DNA from: Macrostomum lignano
Taxonomy: Eukaryota
Assembly (NCBI GenBank): GCA_002269645.1
Contig: NIVC01001180.1
Coordinates: 248,001-312,000 of the forward strand
Direction of reading: 5' to 3'
Length of the DNA stretch: 64,000 nucleotides
Made by a program: the position numbers and the translations under genes
In this document: positions 46,149 to 58,224 of the stretch, piece by piece
Position numbering within the stretch: position 1 is the first letter of the stretch
Layout: each line of letters starts with the position of its first letter
Notes under the pieces: generated by a model
The model's input: the letters and a program-made list of their open reading frames with translations, nothing else
Told to the model about the DNA's origin: nothing
Database searches by the model: none

Positions 46149-48212
46149 TATAAACCATAGATAACGCAACTTTCCGGTACATTTTTTCAAGTCGCGGGAT
46201 GTTACATGACTTGATAATCTTAGTTTTTCCGGGATTTTATTTGTCGGTATATTTCTTCAGTCAGTTGATTCTGACCATAGACACTAAACATGCAATATGA
46301 TAAAAAATTGAATTTAACAGATCATTGCAATGGTCAAAACAGTTTTCACCAGTATGTTCGCATATTATTTCAGTTTGTTACGTATAGCTAACGATTTATA
46401 GCAATCCATCAGGTCGACTACAGGTACCCATCGTACAAATGTTTTGAACAACGGAACAGTTGTTGAATACGAAGCTGTGGCCACCACTTCCAGATGCACC
46501 AGATGAGGTCGTGGCTTCTTGAATCGGCCTGCCATCGACCACCAGACTAGACGACTTGATTAGGTTCGTAGATGTTCGCTTGTACGCACGTACGCCGTCG
46601 ACACTGCGATGGCCAGTACGCTCCATTATAAGCTGCTCGTCCACACCAGCTTGAAAGAGACGCGTCGCACATGTTTCCCTCAGGCTGTGGTTTGTCAGCT
46701 TGGGCACGCCAGCATCCTCGGTGATCGTAGCCATCATTTTGCACATGTAGTTTTTGCCAATCGGTCTGTTACAATACCACGCCGCACCGCTATCCCACTT
46801 TTTGGCCGATTGGAGGTAGAATCGTGTAGCGTCTGGGGGACGCACCTTTAGATAAGTCTTGAACGCTTGTAGATGACAGACGGATCTAGCGTGAGAAGGG
46901 ACGTACAACCGCTCCACTTGTTTGCGACGTTTGTCATTCAAGCCGCCATGGTAGGTCTTTGATGAGGCTTCTCGGTAAATAAGACACTCTTCGTTGTCGC
47001 GTATTTCAATTGTTATCTGGGAAAGCATCAGATTCGAATGCTCTTCACCTCCACGTAGAGCAAAGTGGAGTCCATTGAGAAAAAAGAGCGTCTTGGTCAG
47101 CTGATCAGGATTATCCAAGCCGAGGACTCCAGACTGCCATATTTTTTCTTCGTCAGAAACACAAAATCCCAGCTGGCTTACTGTTGAGTGAAGTACCAGC
47201 GGCGGTTGACAGTTTCATGGCAGCGTCCAACGAGTCCCTGAATGGCCGTAGTTCCATTGACTTGAACAGATCTACTGTCGGCTGGACCTCTCGAATGGCC
47301 GAATTGAGTCCAGCGGCTATCGATACTAATGACCCTCTAGGATAACGCTCGCCGTTGACCTTTCGCACCTCGTGGATGAAGCGACCGAGAATCGTATTGA
47401 TTTCCTCACAGCTGAACTCGGTGATGGGCTTCATGCCGATCTCACTGACACGAGAGCTCACCCATGCCTGGAAAATTCGCAGGGCCCAGTTGTTCCGATT
47501 GATTGTGCATTTTGGACGGACAGACTCGTTCAGCGCGGCAACACTGTCGACTATAGCAAAACGACCGCCACCATCCAACAGTGGTGTCTCAAACGTCTCT
47601 ATCTCGTATAAATCTTCCAACTCCACTTCTTCTTCATATCTTTTCATCTCAGTCGCCAGCCACTGATGATCTTGAAAATCTCCACCAGCGCGTGACTTTA
47701 CGAAATCGAGCGGTAGGACGTTTGGATCGAAGTTGCCAATAAAACCTTTTGAATAGTCGACGAGTGGATTAAGAATTCGACGCATCGAAAAGCCTTTCGA
47801 TAGACTCTGTAATAAATGAATGAACTGTCGAAACTTAAATGAAAGTCAGACCTGATCTCCCGACGTGTAGCTTTTAAGAACATACATCACTTTAGACCAT
47901 AGACAATTAATTATAAGTGTTTGTTTACGTGGGGGCTCTGCCCCCACACCCCCGCGGGGGCTCATCGCCCCCTCGACCCCACCTCTCAGTTAGTAGGCAT
48001 TTTGGCCATAGACACTTCTTTTTTGTATTTGCAGGATTATATTATAACTCCGGGGTATTATCTAATATTATCCCGGAGTTTATCTATGGTTTATATGAGA
48101 TAAAACATGCCTTCTTCGGGAGTTATTTTCATAAATCCCTCGGGCCTTCGGCCCTCGTGATTTATATAAATAACTCCCTCAAAAGGCATGTTTAATCTGA
48201 TTCATAAACCAT
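46149..48212 (-). mobile_element. Crypton-like (CryptonA/DUF3504) tyrosine-recombinase DNA transposon
   Basis: Contains the recombinase gene below. Perfect 16-bp inverted repeat TATAAACCATAGATAA (46149-46164) / TTATCTATGGTTTATA (48080-48095). Imperfect hairpin of about 127 nt at 48086-48212. ATAAACCAT is directly repeated at both extreme ends. Confidence 0.75.
46396..47785 (-). pseudogene. Tyrosine recombinase of the Crypton/ZMYM/KCTD1 (DUF3504) family, split by a single frameshift near 47150-47165
   Basis: N-terminal ORF has NNWALRIFQAW, LGRFIHEVRKVNGERYP and SL..IAAGL. The sequence VSDEEKIWQSGVLGLDNPDQL continues in the +1 frame into the C-terminal ORF carrying the catalytic set FALRGGEEH (R), SKT (K), NHSLR (HxxR), TGHRS (H), RAYKR (Y). 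Confidence 0.88.
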
Positions 48213-50339
48213 TTATTTGCAAAAACATGGTGGCCTAAAAATAAAAACAACTTTTTAAGAGGACTTTTATAACTAGTACATATGCATTGTACTCATTGCT
48301 CAAAAATGCCCTTGTGTGGGCGCATGGCTCTAGGCTACAAAACTTAACTTGATGACGACTAACTAACTAAAATAAGTAAAAGGCGCCTCAGCCATTGAAC
48401 AGGCTCTTACGCCACTAGTAATAAATTGGGTTCCAGATTGGGAGTGTACGAATGTGCACAAGGTTTCTAAGCTAGAGTGAGAGTGACTGTGGCCAACAAG
48501 CTAAGCAGGCAACACCAGTCGGGCAAAGGGGCGGGCCCTACCCCCTGCCTTCGGGGCGCTCACCTACTCCAAGCTCAAATCAAAATCTCCCCGGGGCCAG
48601 AAGGGGTTGAGTGAACCAATCAGGGAAGCCCGTGCCTTCTCCGGGTTAGAAAGAGCCAAAAAACCGGTCGTATGACCGCCCCCACGGCCGTGGCAACCCG
48701 AAAGAGCCTCTCCCCCCAACTAAACCCCGGGTACTCTTGCCAAGACAATCTCTTATCTTTGAAGCGGCAGGAGGGCTAATCGCCGGGACTATTTCACCCT
48801 TTGCTTCGCCAACCCGCCATTTTTATAAGGCCGTGCCAACGGCCCCGTCCTGGTCAGACTCAGTCCTGGTTCTGGCACGCTCCAGCTTTAATAGAGTCGC
48901 TGGCTGTTCGCTCAGAGGACACTCCGAGGGAGACGGTCAGAGCATCAACTGGAACAGGTATAGGCCTGCCTTCCTATACAGCTACCCACAGCCCTTCCTG
49001 ATCAACTATTACCCTCCAACCCAGCCCACTAACACGTTACAAGCTTTCAGCCAGGCAGAGACAAGTGTCACAGAGGTACTGCGGTTCGGCGTCTCTATGC
49101 GAGACAAAACCATCAAGACAAACTTGACGACTATTTTTAGTTAAAGAACCATTGGTTAATTATCGTATATTTTGCTCGGTTTGGTACTGTCATGGCCAAA
49201 TGATGTTTGTATTAATAATTAGTATGAATAGCATTTTTCAAGAACTACGAGTACTTGCGATGTACCTGGACTTGACTTCGCTGTAGGGCTGTCCCGGAGG
49301 GACACAGCGTGAAGGCGCGGACGCCCATTCCAGCGTCGGAGGGTGACCAGCGTCGGATCCCAGTCTGTCCAGCAGCCCTAGGGTCTGCCTTGACAAGTAC
49401 CCCTGATTGGGGCCGGCGTGAAGCATCGCAAACCTGAGCCCATAGGCCTGCGCATGGCCTGTCTCATACTTCACTGGCATGCTTTGCGAGCGCAATGTAC
49501 CTTACCCAGGCAATGGCACAAGGACAATTGTTCAGGGGGGGGGGCACAAAAACTCGAAGACTATATATGTAATTAAAGGTCAGCACCAGACCTGTCCAAT
49601 CCAATGGGAAGTATGAGATACGAGCTACATATTGCATCTATTTTGTCGAACTTTGGGAAGGGGATCCCTCCGACATGTAAATGTGCGCCAAAAACTAGCG
49701 ACACGGCTGTTAGATTCTAGCAGGTCAAGAGCAATATAAACGCACCGAAACCTATTGCTTAGTATACCTATTGCAGAATATCACCTATATAATATAGTGA
49801 TTTAACTCTAGCCGTTAGATATCGGTTGCGATGTAGGGACTCCAGGGCATTAACCTCTATGTTCGCTGCGCTCGCCCTCCAGTGGGGGCTTCCTATTGTT
49901 CGATGAGTTTTTCAAGCCCTCCAGTGCGTGGGGTTTTAAAATTCCTCGAGGGGCTGAGTACATTGTCTGCACAACTAAACCTTTTCACATTCAATTTTGA
50001 TCAAAGTCCAGTTCTAAAAAAACTAGCGGAACTTCAATTCAGACAGGATAATTTTGTCTATGGCTAAACCTTACTTCGGTTAGAATCATGGATGAAGGAA
50101 TACACTAAAGGAATCCAGTTTTTTTAGAACTGGACTTTGATCAAAATTGAACGTAAAAAGGTGTAATAGCCCCCACTAGTGCTTTTGCTTTGCCAGTTTA
50201 TGTCTAAATATATAGTGTGCTCAGACAAGATGAAGCCCCACTTAATTTCATAGCTTGCTAACTAACAAAAATAACAGACAGCTACTTGCAGAAATCTGCT
50301 TTTAAAGTCGCTCCGCTCCGTGTCGCCATTCTGCCTCGA

Positions 50340-50564
50340 TATGCGAAGAACTGCGTAGTACGGCTGTTCAGTCCAAGGACTGGGGGGTCGCCACACACCC
50401 TCAATTACCCCAGCTAATGCTGGCACCCATTTTACAGCTGGGTGAACTGAAGCAATGCAGAGTTAAGTGTCTTCCTGCTCAAGGACACAAGTTGTTCCGA
50501 GTGAGTCGAGAATCGAACCCCCGACCTTTCAGTCGTGAATCCGACGCTCTGAAACCACGAGGCC
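50340..50564 (-). mobile_element. tRNA-derived CORE-type SINE (copy 1)
   Basis: The reverse complement has an A-box-like GTGGTTTCAGAG, B-box GGTTCGATTC and the central domain TGTGTCCTTGAGCA..GACACTTAACTC...CAGCTGTAAAATGGG, which resembles the MIR CORE domain. Strongly similar to the copy at 61990-62303. Confidence 0.85.
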
Positions 50565-50951
50565 CTTTCCAGGCCCCAACCCCTTCACATTTAAAGTAAG
50601 CGGTGGTGACGCACAGTGTAGCTAGTGCTCAAAAGAGCACAAGTTCACCACATTTGTCTTTGTCTTTCCGTAATTTTTTATTATCAAAATGAGTTGCTGT
50701 GTTACTAAATATTAGCTGTAAGTGATTGTAATTGACCAACACCTACATGTACATTTGTCTCCAACCAATCATCATCTGTTGTGCAAGTAGATTAAGCTTG
50801 GTTAAAATATTACTAGACCAAGCTCTAATTATGGGTTTGCCATTAAATCAAGTCTGGTATACAAAAATTAACAAGCTGACGAAAAAATATCTACACAAAG
50901 CCCGTCTTCTGTAATGGCGGCACGAACAAAGCCATACTTATGTATTCTGGT

Positions 50952-51622
50952 CAGGGGTTGGCAAACTCCGGCCCTCGGGTCCTTTGAAACTTCACAATAG
51001 CAATCCGGCCCGCTCAAGGTTTGTGTCTCTTCTCAGGTCTCCTCTCCTCCTCTCTCCGCTCCTCCGGGGTCTCCTATCCCTCCTCTCTCTCTCTCTCTCT
51101 CTCTCTCCACTCATCTACCCTCTCATCTCTCATATCGCCTCTCTCCTCTCCCCACCTCTCCCCTCTCATATCCCTTCCCTCCTCTCCCCCTTCGATTCTC
51201 TCTCCCCTCTTCTCTTTCTTCTCTCCCTTCTCACCTCATCTTCCCTCTCTCCCTCTCCCCACGCCTCCCTTCTCTTCCCTCTCCTCTCATCTCCACTCTC
51301 CTCTCTTATCTCCTCTCTCCTCTCCCACCTCTCCCCTCTCATATCCCTTCCCTCCTCTCCCCCTTCGACCCTCTCTCCCCTCTCCTCTATCTTCTCACCT
51401 TTCTCACTTCATCTTGCCTCTCTCCCCTCTCCCCACGCCTCCCTTCTCTTCCCTCTTCTCCCTCTCATCTCCACTCTCCTCTCATCTCCTCTCTCTCTCC
51501 TCTTTTCTTCCTTTTCCTCCTCTATTGCCTCTCTTCTCTCCTCTCTCTCTGGCCCGCAGTCATGCGCTAAATTTTATATCTGGCCCTTACGTTGAAACGT
51601 TGAAAAAGTTTGCCGACCCTTG
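50952..51622. mobile_element. hAT/Charlie-like MITE containing an expanded CT-rich tract
   Basis: TIRs CAGGGGTTGGCAAACT (50952) and the reverse complement of AGTTTGCCGACCCTTG (ending 51622) match at 14/16 positions. Subterminal GGCCC motifs; (CT)-rich tract at about 51020-51550. TSD not preserved. Confidence 0.7.
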
Positions 51623-51716
51623 ATGTACATAATAATGTACATATTTGCACCGTAAAGGTCCGTAATTGCACATTGCTTTTCCTGGATCCGGATTTCTCAC
51701 AGATCGAGGCGCAGTG

Positions 51717-51905
51717 ATGGCCGTGCCCATGCCACTGAGCCCCGAGTACACACACGCCTACGTGGACATCGGAGCTCACGATCTGATCTGCAGATCATTC
51801 CCAGTACAAGTGGATGACAACCGCTTGTCGGCTGAGGACTCGGCTCGGCTACTTGAAGAGAATTTCGCCCAGCTGTTCGAGCGAGCTTCAGTCCAGGTCA
51901 GCTGA
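51717..51905 (+). other. Candidate orphan exon or 62-aa small ORF
   Basis: CpG-rich island in AT-rich flanks. Acceptor TTCTCACAG at 51701-51702, ATG at 51717, possible donor CAG|GTCAG at 51897 or stop at 51903-51905. Peptide MAVPMPLSPEYTHAYVDIGAHDLICRSFPVQVDDNRLSAEDSARLLEENFAQLFERASVQ. No family recognised. Confidence 0.35.
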
Positions 51906-52249
51906 GTTCGCAATCAAAATAATGGAGAACTTCTAGTTCGCATAAAAACTGGAAAACTCGAAACTGGAACCGAAGTTCATTTTAAAATGCATCAAGATTA
52001 CGAAATTAGCCGAAGTTTTCTGCTGGAAAGGACTTTTCTAGCCGAAATCTGCCACCAGGTCAGGAGGAGGTCCAACCTGTCTGGGCTAATTTTGATTTAC
52101 ATACGATCCACCTACCTGACACTTTTGGTGCTAAAGAGCCTGGAAAAGTAATCCTCAGTCTGCTTTTTCACAGTTTTGACCGTTTTTTATATAGATCTTA
52201 CGTACTGTACATGTATTATCTTGTTTTTTATGATTTATGACCGCAACCT

Positions 52250-54430
52250 ATCAAGTTCCCTGGCGTGTCTGAGAGGTGGCGCGGGTGGAGAGGGTTTGGG
52301 ATCTGGAGCTCTGCGAATCAGAGTCAGGCTAGTCATCCCGGGCTCGTCCAATCAGAAAACTTGACGACGCGGGTATAACCGATAGGCCGCCGGAAGACTA
52401 TGTAAGGGAGGCGGCACGGCTTACTCCCCACTCCGACTAACACTGTTGTGAGTCGCCTCTCCGAATCTCCCCTCTGCCCAAATAGGGCAAGCTCTATTTC
52501 GCTTCATCCCGGCGTCTCCAGTCCTGCGCCCCCATTTTTGTGAGCCTATGGGCAGCCCTGCGATTGGCCAGAGCCGTTTAGTCTCTCCTCGTCTACTCGC
52601 AGTTTTATCTGGTCTTTCAGGCGCTGGGACTGGTTGAGCCCATATGCCTCCCTCAATCGATCCTTGTGCAGTTTTGGCAATTGTGAATTAGCAAGGACTA
52701 CTAGACTAGATTTATAGTGAAGTATTCCTAGTGGTCCTTGGGAATTAGATGTCTGCTCTAAGCCCTTTGTGTTTGCGATCTAACTTTCTGTCCTGCACCC
52801 CGGGCGGCCCGACTATTTATTGGGCCTTCCTGCAATATTATCTCTGCGTTACGTCATCTATGTAACCTCCGTCCCCCGTCACTCCTGTGCCGCGTTCCGC
52901 CGCCTCGAGGAGGAAATATACCAAGTGCATCCGTGCGTTAATTTGCCACCGTTGCTTTGAAAACCTTGAGCTTTCTGTTATACTGTTCCTTTGGAGTTGC
53001 GGTTGCTTAGGGCATAGGCGGGATTAAAGCGTCCGAAAACGCTTCCGGATGCGCGCCAGAGACGCGTCTTGCATGTTACCGTCGGTGAAGCGCCCTAGAA
53101 CTACATCACCTAAAAGCAGCAGCAGCACCCCTGTCTGGTTGTCTCAGTCACTGCGGGATTCCTGGTCACCACGGCAGCTTGGTACTCAGACTGGTTGGGT
53201 GCAGAGAGGCCTTCTCTTATCGGGTGTACTTAGTGCGGTCTGATCCTTTGTTCAGTAGCTGGATAGGATTTGAACTTTTGCTTGTTGCTTTTCTGTGCTG
53301 AATTTAAGGCAGAAGTGTATGATGAGAAGTATTGTCTTGTAGGCAGAGGCATCCTGCCTATCAGATAGGTGAACACGAATAGCTCCTGTGAATACCTCTG
53401 GAGCTATCCTAAAGCTATCTTGGTGGCTTTCTAAAAGTAGCAAGAAAAGGCGCCCAGAGCAGCAGTGGTGTGTGCTCTTTACGGAGAATGAAGTCAGGGA
53501 AAAGATCAAAACACTGGACGTCGATTCATGTCACATGGAAAAAAAGAACACCATTGGCCTCTTTACCGCGCGATTCTACAGCGATACCACAATTGTAGCG
53601 TAGGTAATAGAGTCGTGCAATAGATGTTAGAGGATCGAGGATGAACAAGAAGTTCACCAGCAAACAGTGTGAAATACGATCGCTACATCCGATTGAGGTG
53701 GCCTACTGAGGTGGCCTACTGACGCTCAACGATTGTTCGGCTTCCTCTGCTTATAGATTGCGTTACAATGCCGACCAGAACTGAGAGGGGAGCTCGTTAT
53801 ATCCTGACTATAAGTTGCAACTTTACAAAATTTGCTATCTTTCGTCCGATATCAAATGTACGACCCGACACGATCGCTCGAGAACTGAAAAGCGCGCCTA
53901 TTTGGCCTTTTTGGCTGGCCTCGCATTCTTCTGAGTGACCAAGGCAGGGAATTCTGCAACTTTGCAGAAGGCTTTGCAAAGGCTCATCGAGGCTTTGCTA
54001 AAGGAGGGTGGTACGGAAAGGCGACTAACGAGTGCTTACCATCCTCCGACGAATGGACAAACTGAGAAGCTAAACCAAACGTGCCTGAGCCTGCTTCGCA
54101 AGGGTTGCAACTCCCCAACTGACATTAACTGCAGGGATCGGCACCTGGACGCAATCCAACTGGCTTACAACAGCATACGCGATTCGACGACTCTGGCTTA
54201 GCCTTTCAGTGCTGTTTTTTCAGAATCAAAATTGCCCAGCACCAATTGCGGGAACGTCACGCGAGGATTGCCAAAGAAGTGGAGACAATCAAACATGGCA
54301 TGCTTGTTAGACTTCGCAATTACCGTTGCGACGATCGAAAAGGTGGAAAACTTCTGTCCACTTGGAGCGACTGTACGTACTCAGTGCGCAGATGCGTGGG
54401 ACGAAAACGTCTATTCGCTGGCATAGTCGA
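52250..54430 (+). mobile_element. Degenerate Gypsy element: LTR-like segment and integrase remnant
   Basis: 53670-54430 translates across frameshifts to SLHPIEV, RGARYILTISCNFTKF, ILLSDQGREFC, TSAYHPPTNGQTEKLNQT and a GPY/F-like GMLVRLRNYRCDDRKGGKL. 52250-52560 has CCAAT and TATA-like motifs (LTR call is weak). Confidence 0.7.
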
Positions 54431-55329
54431 AGTGCTTCCCCAATATTTTGTCACTTTAACTAATTGATCTTTATCCACGCAAAGTCTTTTGACTTATGCT
54501 GCCCACCAACACGAGCTAATAGCTATCTTATTGGCTGAACGTGGTTGTGAGAAGCAGTATTTTCTGTTAATGAAAAAATAAATACAATAATTGTGTCTTC
54601 ATTTTTGCCAATTCGGTACTTACCCGTACATTGTGTTTCTTTGCTTTGAAAATTTTTAACTGACAAATCGTTCGTTCGCGTTGACCCGGAAATCACGTCA
54701 ATCCGGATAGCTCGTATTGCAAAGCAAACCTTAGCTTCTTGGCCGGATATTTGAACCTTCTGATGACTTCCGAGGGACCGCAAGTACCCCGGAGAACGCA
54801 GAACAGCCTGAGATACCCGGACTGGATACTTTAAGACGCTTGAAATATCCAGGGGAGATCAGAAAGCACTTGCAATGTGCGGGTGGAGATCATGCAGATA
54901 GTACTTGTGCGGATAACGCAAGACACGGATATCCGAAATCATAACACCAGGGGGCCGCAATGATGACACTGGGCTGGGGTTTGCTGCGGTTGTTGACCTT
55001 GACGGTTAGTGAGACGGTTTGCGGTTAGTCAGACGGTTTGCGGTTAGTCAGACCAGAGCGGATAGTGTTCCGGGCGGGTTTCCGAGCCTTCCGACGTCCG
55101 CCTGTTGCTACAGCTTTCAGGCTTTCCCCCTTGATGGGGTCCATGTCCTCGGAGGGGTCGTGACACACTGGGCTCCTTTTCCTGGGCGCTTGCGCCACGC
55201 AGAGCTCCCGCTTACTGGCTTACGCTTCTCCAGAGGCGGTGGACGGATGGTGTCGGATTCGAAACTTCGAAGATCTGAATGCGCAACTGCCCGGCAGGGA
55301 TAAGGGACATGTCCGGATAGCGGAACATC

Positions 55330-58075
55330 CAGCTATCCGACAGTCTGATGATTGCCGTGCTGCGGACGGACGGGTGCGAGAGGCCGTGAATGGCATCAAA
55401 TACGGTACGGCGAAAATCCGGCGGAACGAATAGGCACGGTCGGCCGGTGGAGGTGTCGCACAACAAATCCAACCTGGGACCGAATTGCACCTGCGCTAGC
55501 CGGAGGCTGCTGCTGGTCTGGTTCGCTGGATCCGCCTGCTGCACCTTGGCCATTCCCATGAAATCAACACCAGGGAGGAACTGGGGCTGAACAGAACCCA
55601 CCGTGCACGTCCACTGCTGCGTTGTCCTTGCCTGCCACATGTTGGATATTCGTGGTGAATTCGGACACATAAGCCAGGTGGTGCTGCTGCCTTGCTGAGC
55701 AAGGATCCGACATTTTCGACATGGCGGCGACCAGCGGCTTATGGTCAGTGGACGGTGAAAACTCGGCCTTCTAGGAAGTAGCGAAAATGCCGGACCGCCA
55801 AGTATAGGACGAGCAGCACGTGGTCGAAAGCGCTGTACTTCTGTTCGGGGGTGCGTAGTTGCCGGCTGAAGAAAGCAAGGGGCTTCCAAGCGTTGCCCAC
55901 CCGTTGCTCCAATGCAGCTCCGACGGCGAAATCAGATGCATCCACGGTGAGGCCAATGGGCGCATGGGTCAGCGGGTGTGCCAATATGGCAGTGCCTGCC
56001 AACGCCTGCTTAGCATTAATAATAGGCGGTCGTCAATTCGGGTGTCCAGTAGACAAGCTTGTTTTTGCCGGCGGTGGCTGCGTGGATGGGTCGCAACAGC
56101 TGTGCAGCCCGCGGCACAAACCGGTGGTAGAAATTCACCATGCCGACGGAATCCTGCAGGCCCTTGACGTGGAGGGTGGTGAAAAACGAGCGATGGCCTC
56201 GACCTTGGCAGGCAGCGGCACAGCTCCCTGAGTGTTGATTCTCAGTGATTCAGTTAAGTCGATCTCTCTGCGGCCGAACTGACACTTTGCCTGATTGATT
56301 AGGAGGCCGCTGCTGGAGAGTCGCTGGAACAGCAGGTGGATTGCTGCTGGCCACCAGGAAATCGTCCATATAAGCGAAAACGAAATCCAGATCCTGGCAG
56401 ATAGAGTCCACCAGGCGCTGAAAAGCCTGGGCCTCGTTTTTCAAACAGAATGCCATTCGCAGGAATTCAAAAAGTCAAACGGGGTGACGACGGCGGTCTT
56501 GGGCACATCTGCCGCCATCACTGGCACCTGGTGGTAACCGCGCACAATGCAATCTTTGAGAAAATTGGACAAGCGGCCAGGTGCGAGGCCTTGGGCTGCT
56601 GGGCACCATGTAAAGCGTCACCATGGGCTGTTGGACCGGCGCACGATGCCGAGCTGCTTCAAGAGTCGGAACTCCTCCTTGGCCACTGCTAACTTCTCCA
56701 GCGAGCTGCAGGCCCGGCCCCATGCTGTCAATTAGGTGCACGCTGGAAAGCGAGTGAGCATCGAGCAGACGCCGATGCGGAAGGTCCACCAGCAGGCCAT
56801 GATGCCGGAGAAAATCCATGCCGATCAGTGGTTGCTGAACCGCAGCCAGAATGAATGGCCGAGAGCAACGCCGGATGCCTAGGTCCAGAGTGAGCTGACG
56901 GGTGCCAAAAGTTCGGATTTGACTACCGTTGACGGCGTAGAGCGATGGGCCTTGGCGCAGCATTCGGGCATATGCTCCGGTGATCGGAAAGATGCCAACT
57001 TCGGCACCGGTGTCAACAAGAAAACGCCGGCCTGTCTGCAAATCCGGGACGAGGAGTAGACTGCTGCTGCCGGCCGCCGAGCTGTTTACTGAGGCCGGCC
57101 TGCCCATTTCCCTGAAACCTACACGGGACTTAGCATCGCCTGGCCTTCCCACCGAACTTCTTTTGTAAAAAGCAAAGACCGCTGGCTTCCTCAGAGTGGC
57201 GCTGTGGTGGCTGACCCCTGTCAAAACGGTTGACACGACTCTCATGGGCGACCGTGACCATAGGCTGGTCGGGCTGCTGAATCACCGCCATCGCTGGCTG
57301 AGGTCGACTGGCCTAAAGCTTGTCCGCGAGTAGTGCCGCCGATCGGGGTTCCTTGCAATCCGCGGAGACCAACGCCGTACGGATGTTGGCCGGTACATGT
57401 AGCTGCTGACGGAACAATTCTTCAAAAAGCATGCAGGGTGAGTGGTCACCCAGCAACGCCAACATTTCGTCCATTAGCTCAGACAGACGATGATCACCGG
57501 GGCCGGTTATGCTGAGCAATCGATTGGCCTTTTGTTGCCTCTATAAACCGAAAGTGCCAACAAGCAGGCGAGCCTTCAACTGCCCTGCCCGTACTTGTCT
57601 TCAGTAGGGGGGGGGGGGGTTCTCGAGAACATCGAAGAAACGTTCTGCGGACTGTTGGTCTAGCGCTGCGACTAGATAGTAGTATTTGGTTGCGTCCTGC
57701 ATGACGCCCCGAGTGTGGACTGAGCCTCGGCTAGGATAAACCATGCTCGGGGCTGGGAGTCCCAAAATGCATAGAGGCAGCTTGAGCGCTACTGCACTGA
57801 CAGTTGTGTTGCTGCTCGCATCGTTAAAAGCGCTGGCTGCTGTGCTGATGCCAGTAGCGATGACAGGTTCATGTTCTGTGACGTCGGCAGCTGCGTCAAC
57901 TGTGTTAGCGCTGGTTGCTGTGTGCTCTGGCATTCTCAAATCACACGATTTGAGAAAAGTCGGGCTCACTAATGTGGCGGCTCGTCTAACGGCCGAGCGA
58001 GCGAGAAAAGAAGGTTATGTACTCTTCGTCTGCCGTAGGCACACAAACAAAACAGCGTGATGCGCAATTATAACA
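55330..58075 (-). mobile_element. Degenerate Gypsy retrotransposon of the CsRn1-like lineage (gag-PR-RT-RNase H-start of IN), 3'-truncated
   Basis: Gag VALKLP...DATKYYYLVAALD and decayed CHCC motif LCF..KKFGGKARRC*.PC; protease FLVDTGAEV; RT AFQRLVDSI...YMDD; RNase H VDASDFAVGAALEQ...PLAFFSR; IN start FDAIHGLSHP. Short TG...CA segment at 58075-57973 followed by PBS-like TTAGTGAGCCCGAC (compare TGGTGACCCCGAC, tRNA-Trp type). Confidence 0.88.
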
Positions 58076-58224
58076 GTCTGGGCGGCCATAGAGAAAACAA
58101 GTCCTTCTGTCCGTGACAGAATTTCAAATGAACAGTTTTTGCTCCGACTCAGTTTGAATTGGAGCACAATTTAGGATGAGCACTAGATTTGATCATAAAG
58201 GTTTTTTGAAGTTTTTTCTTTTTC

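Noticed and set aside
47138-47180. 34-nt GT-AG micro-intron that would restore the recombinase frame
   Set aside because: It is much shorter than any intron in the window and would delete the conserved acidic EE motif preceding the W..G.LG segment.
50944-51630. 8-bp TSD for the hAT-like MITE
   Set aside because: The flanks ATTCTGGT and ATGTACAT do not match, so no TSD is claimed.
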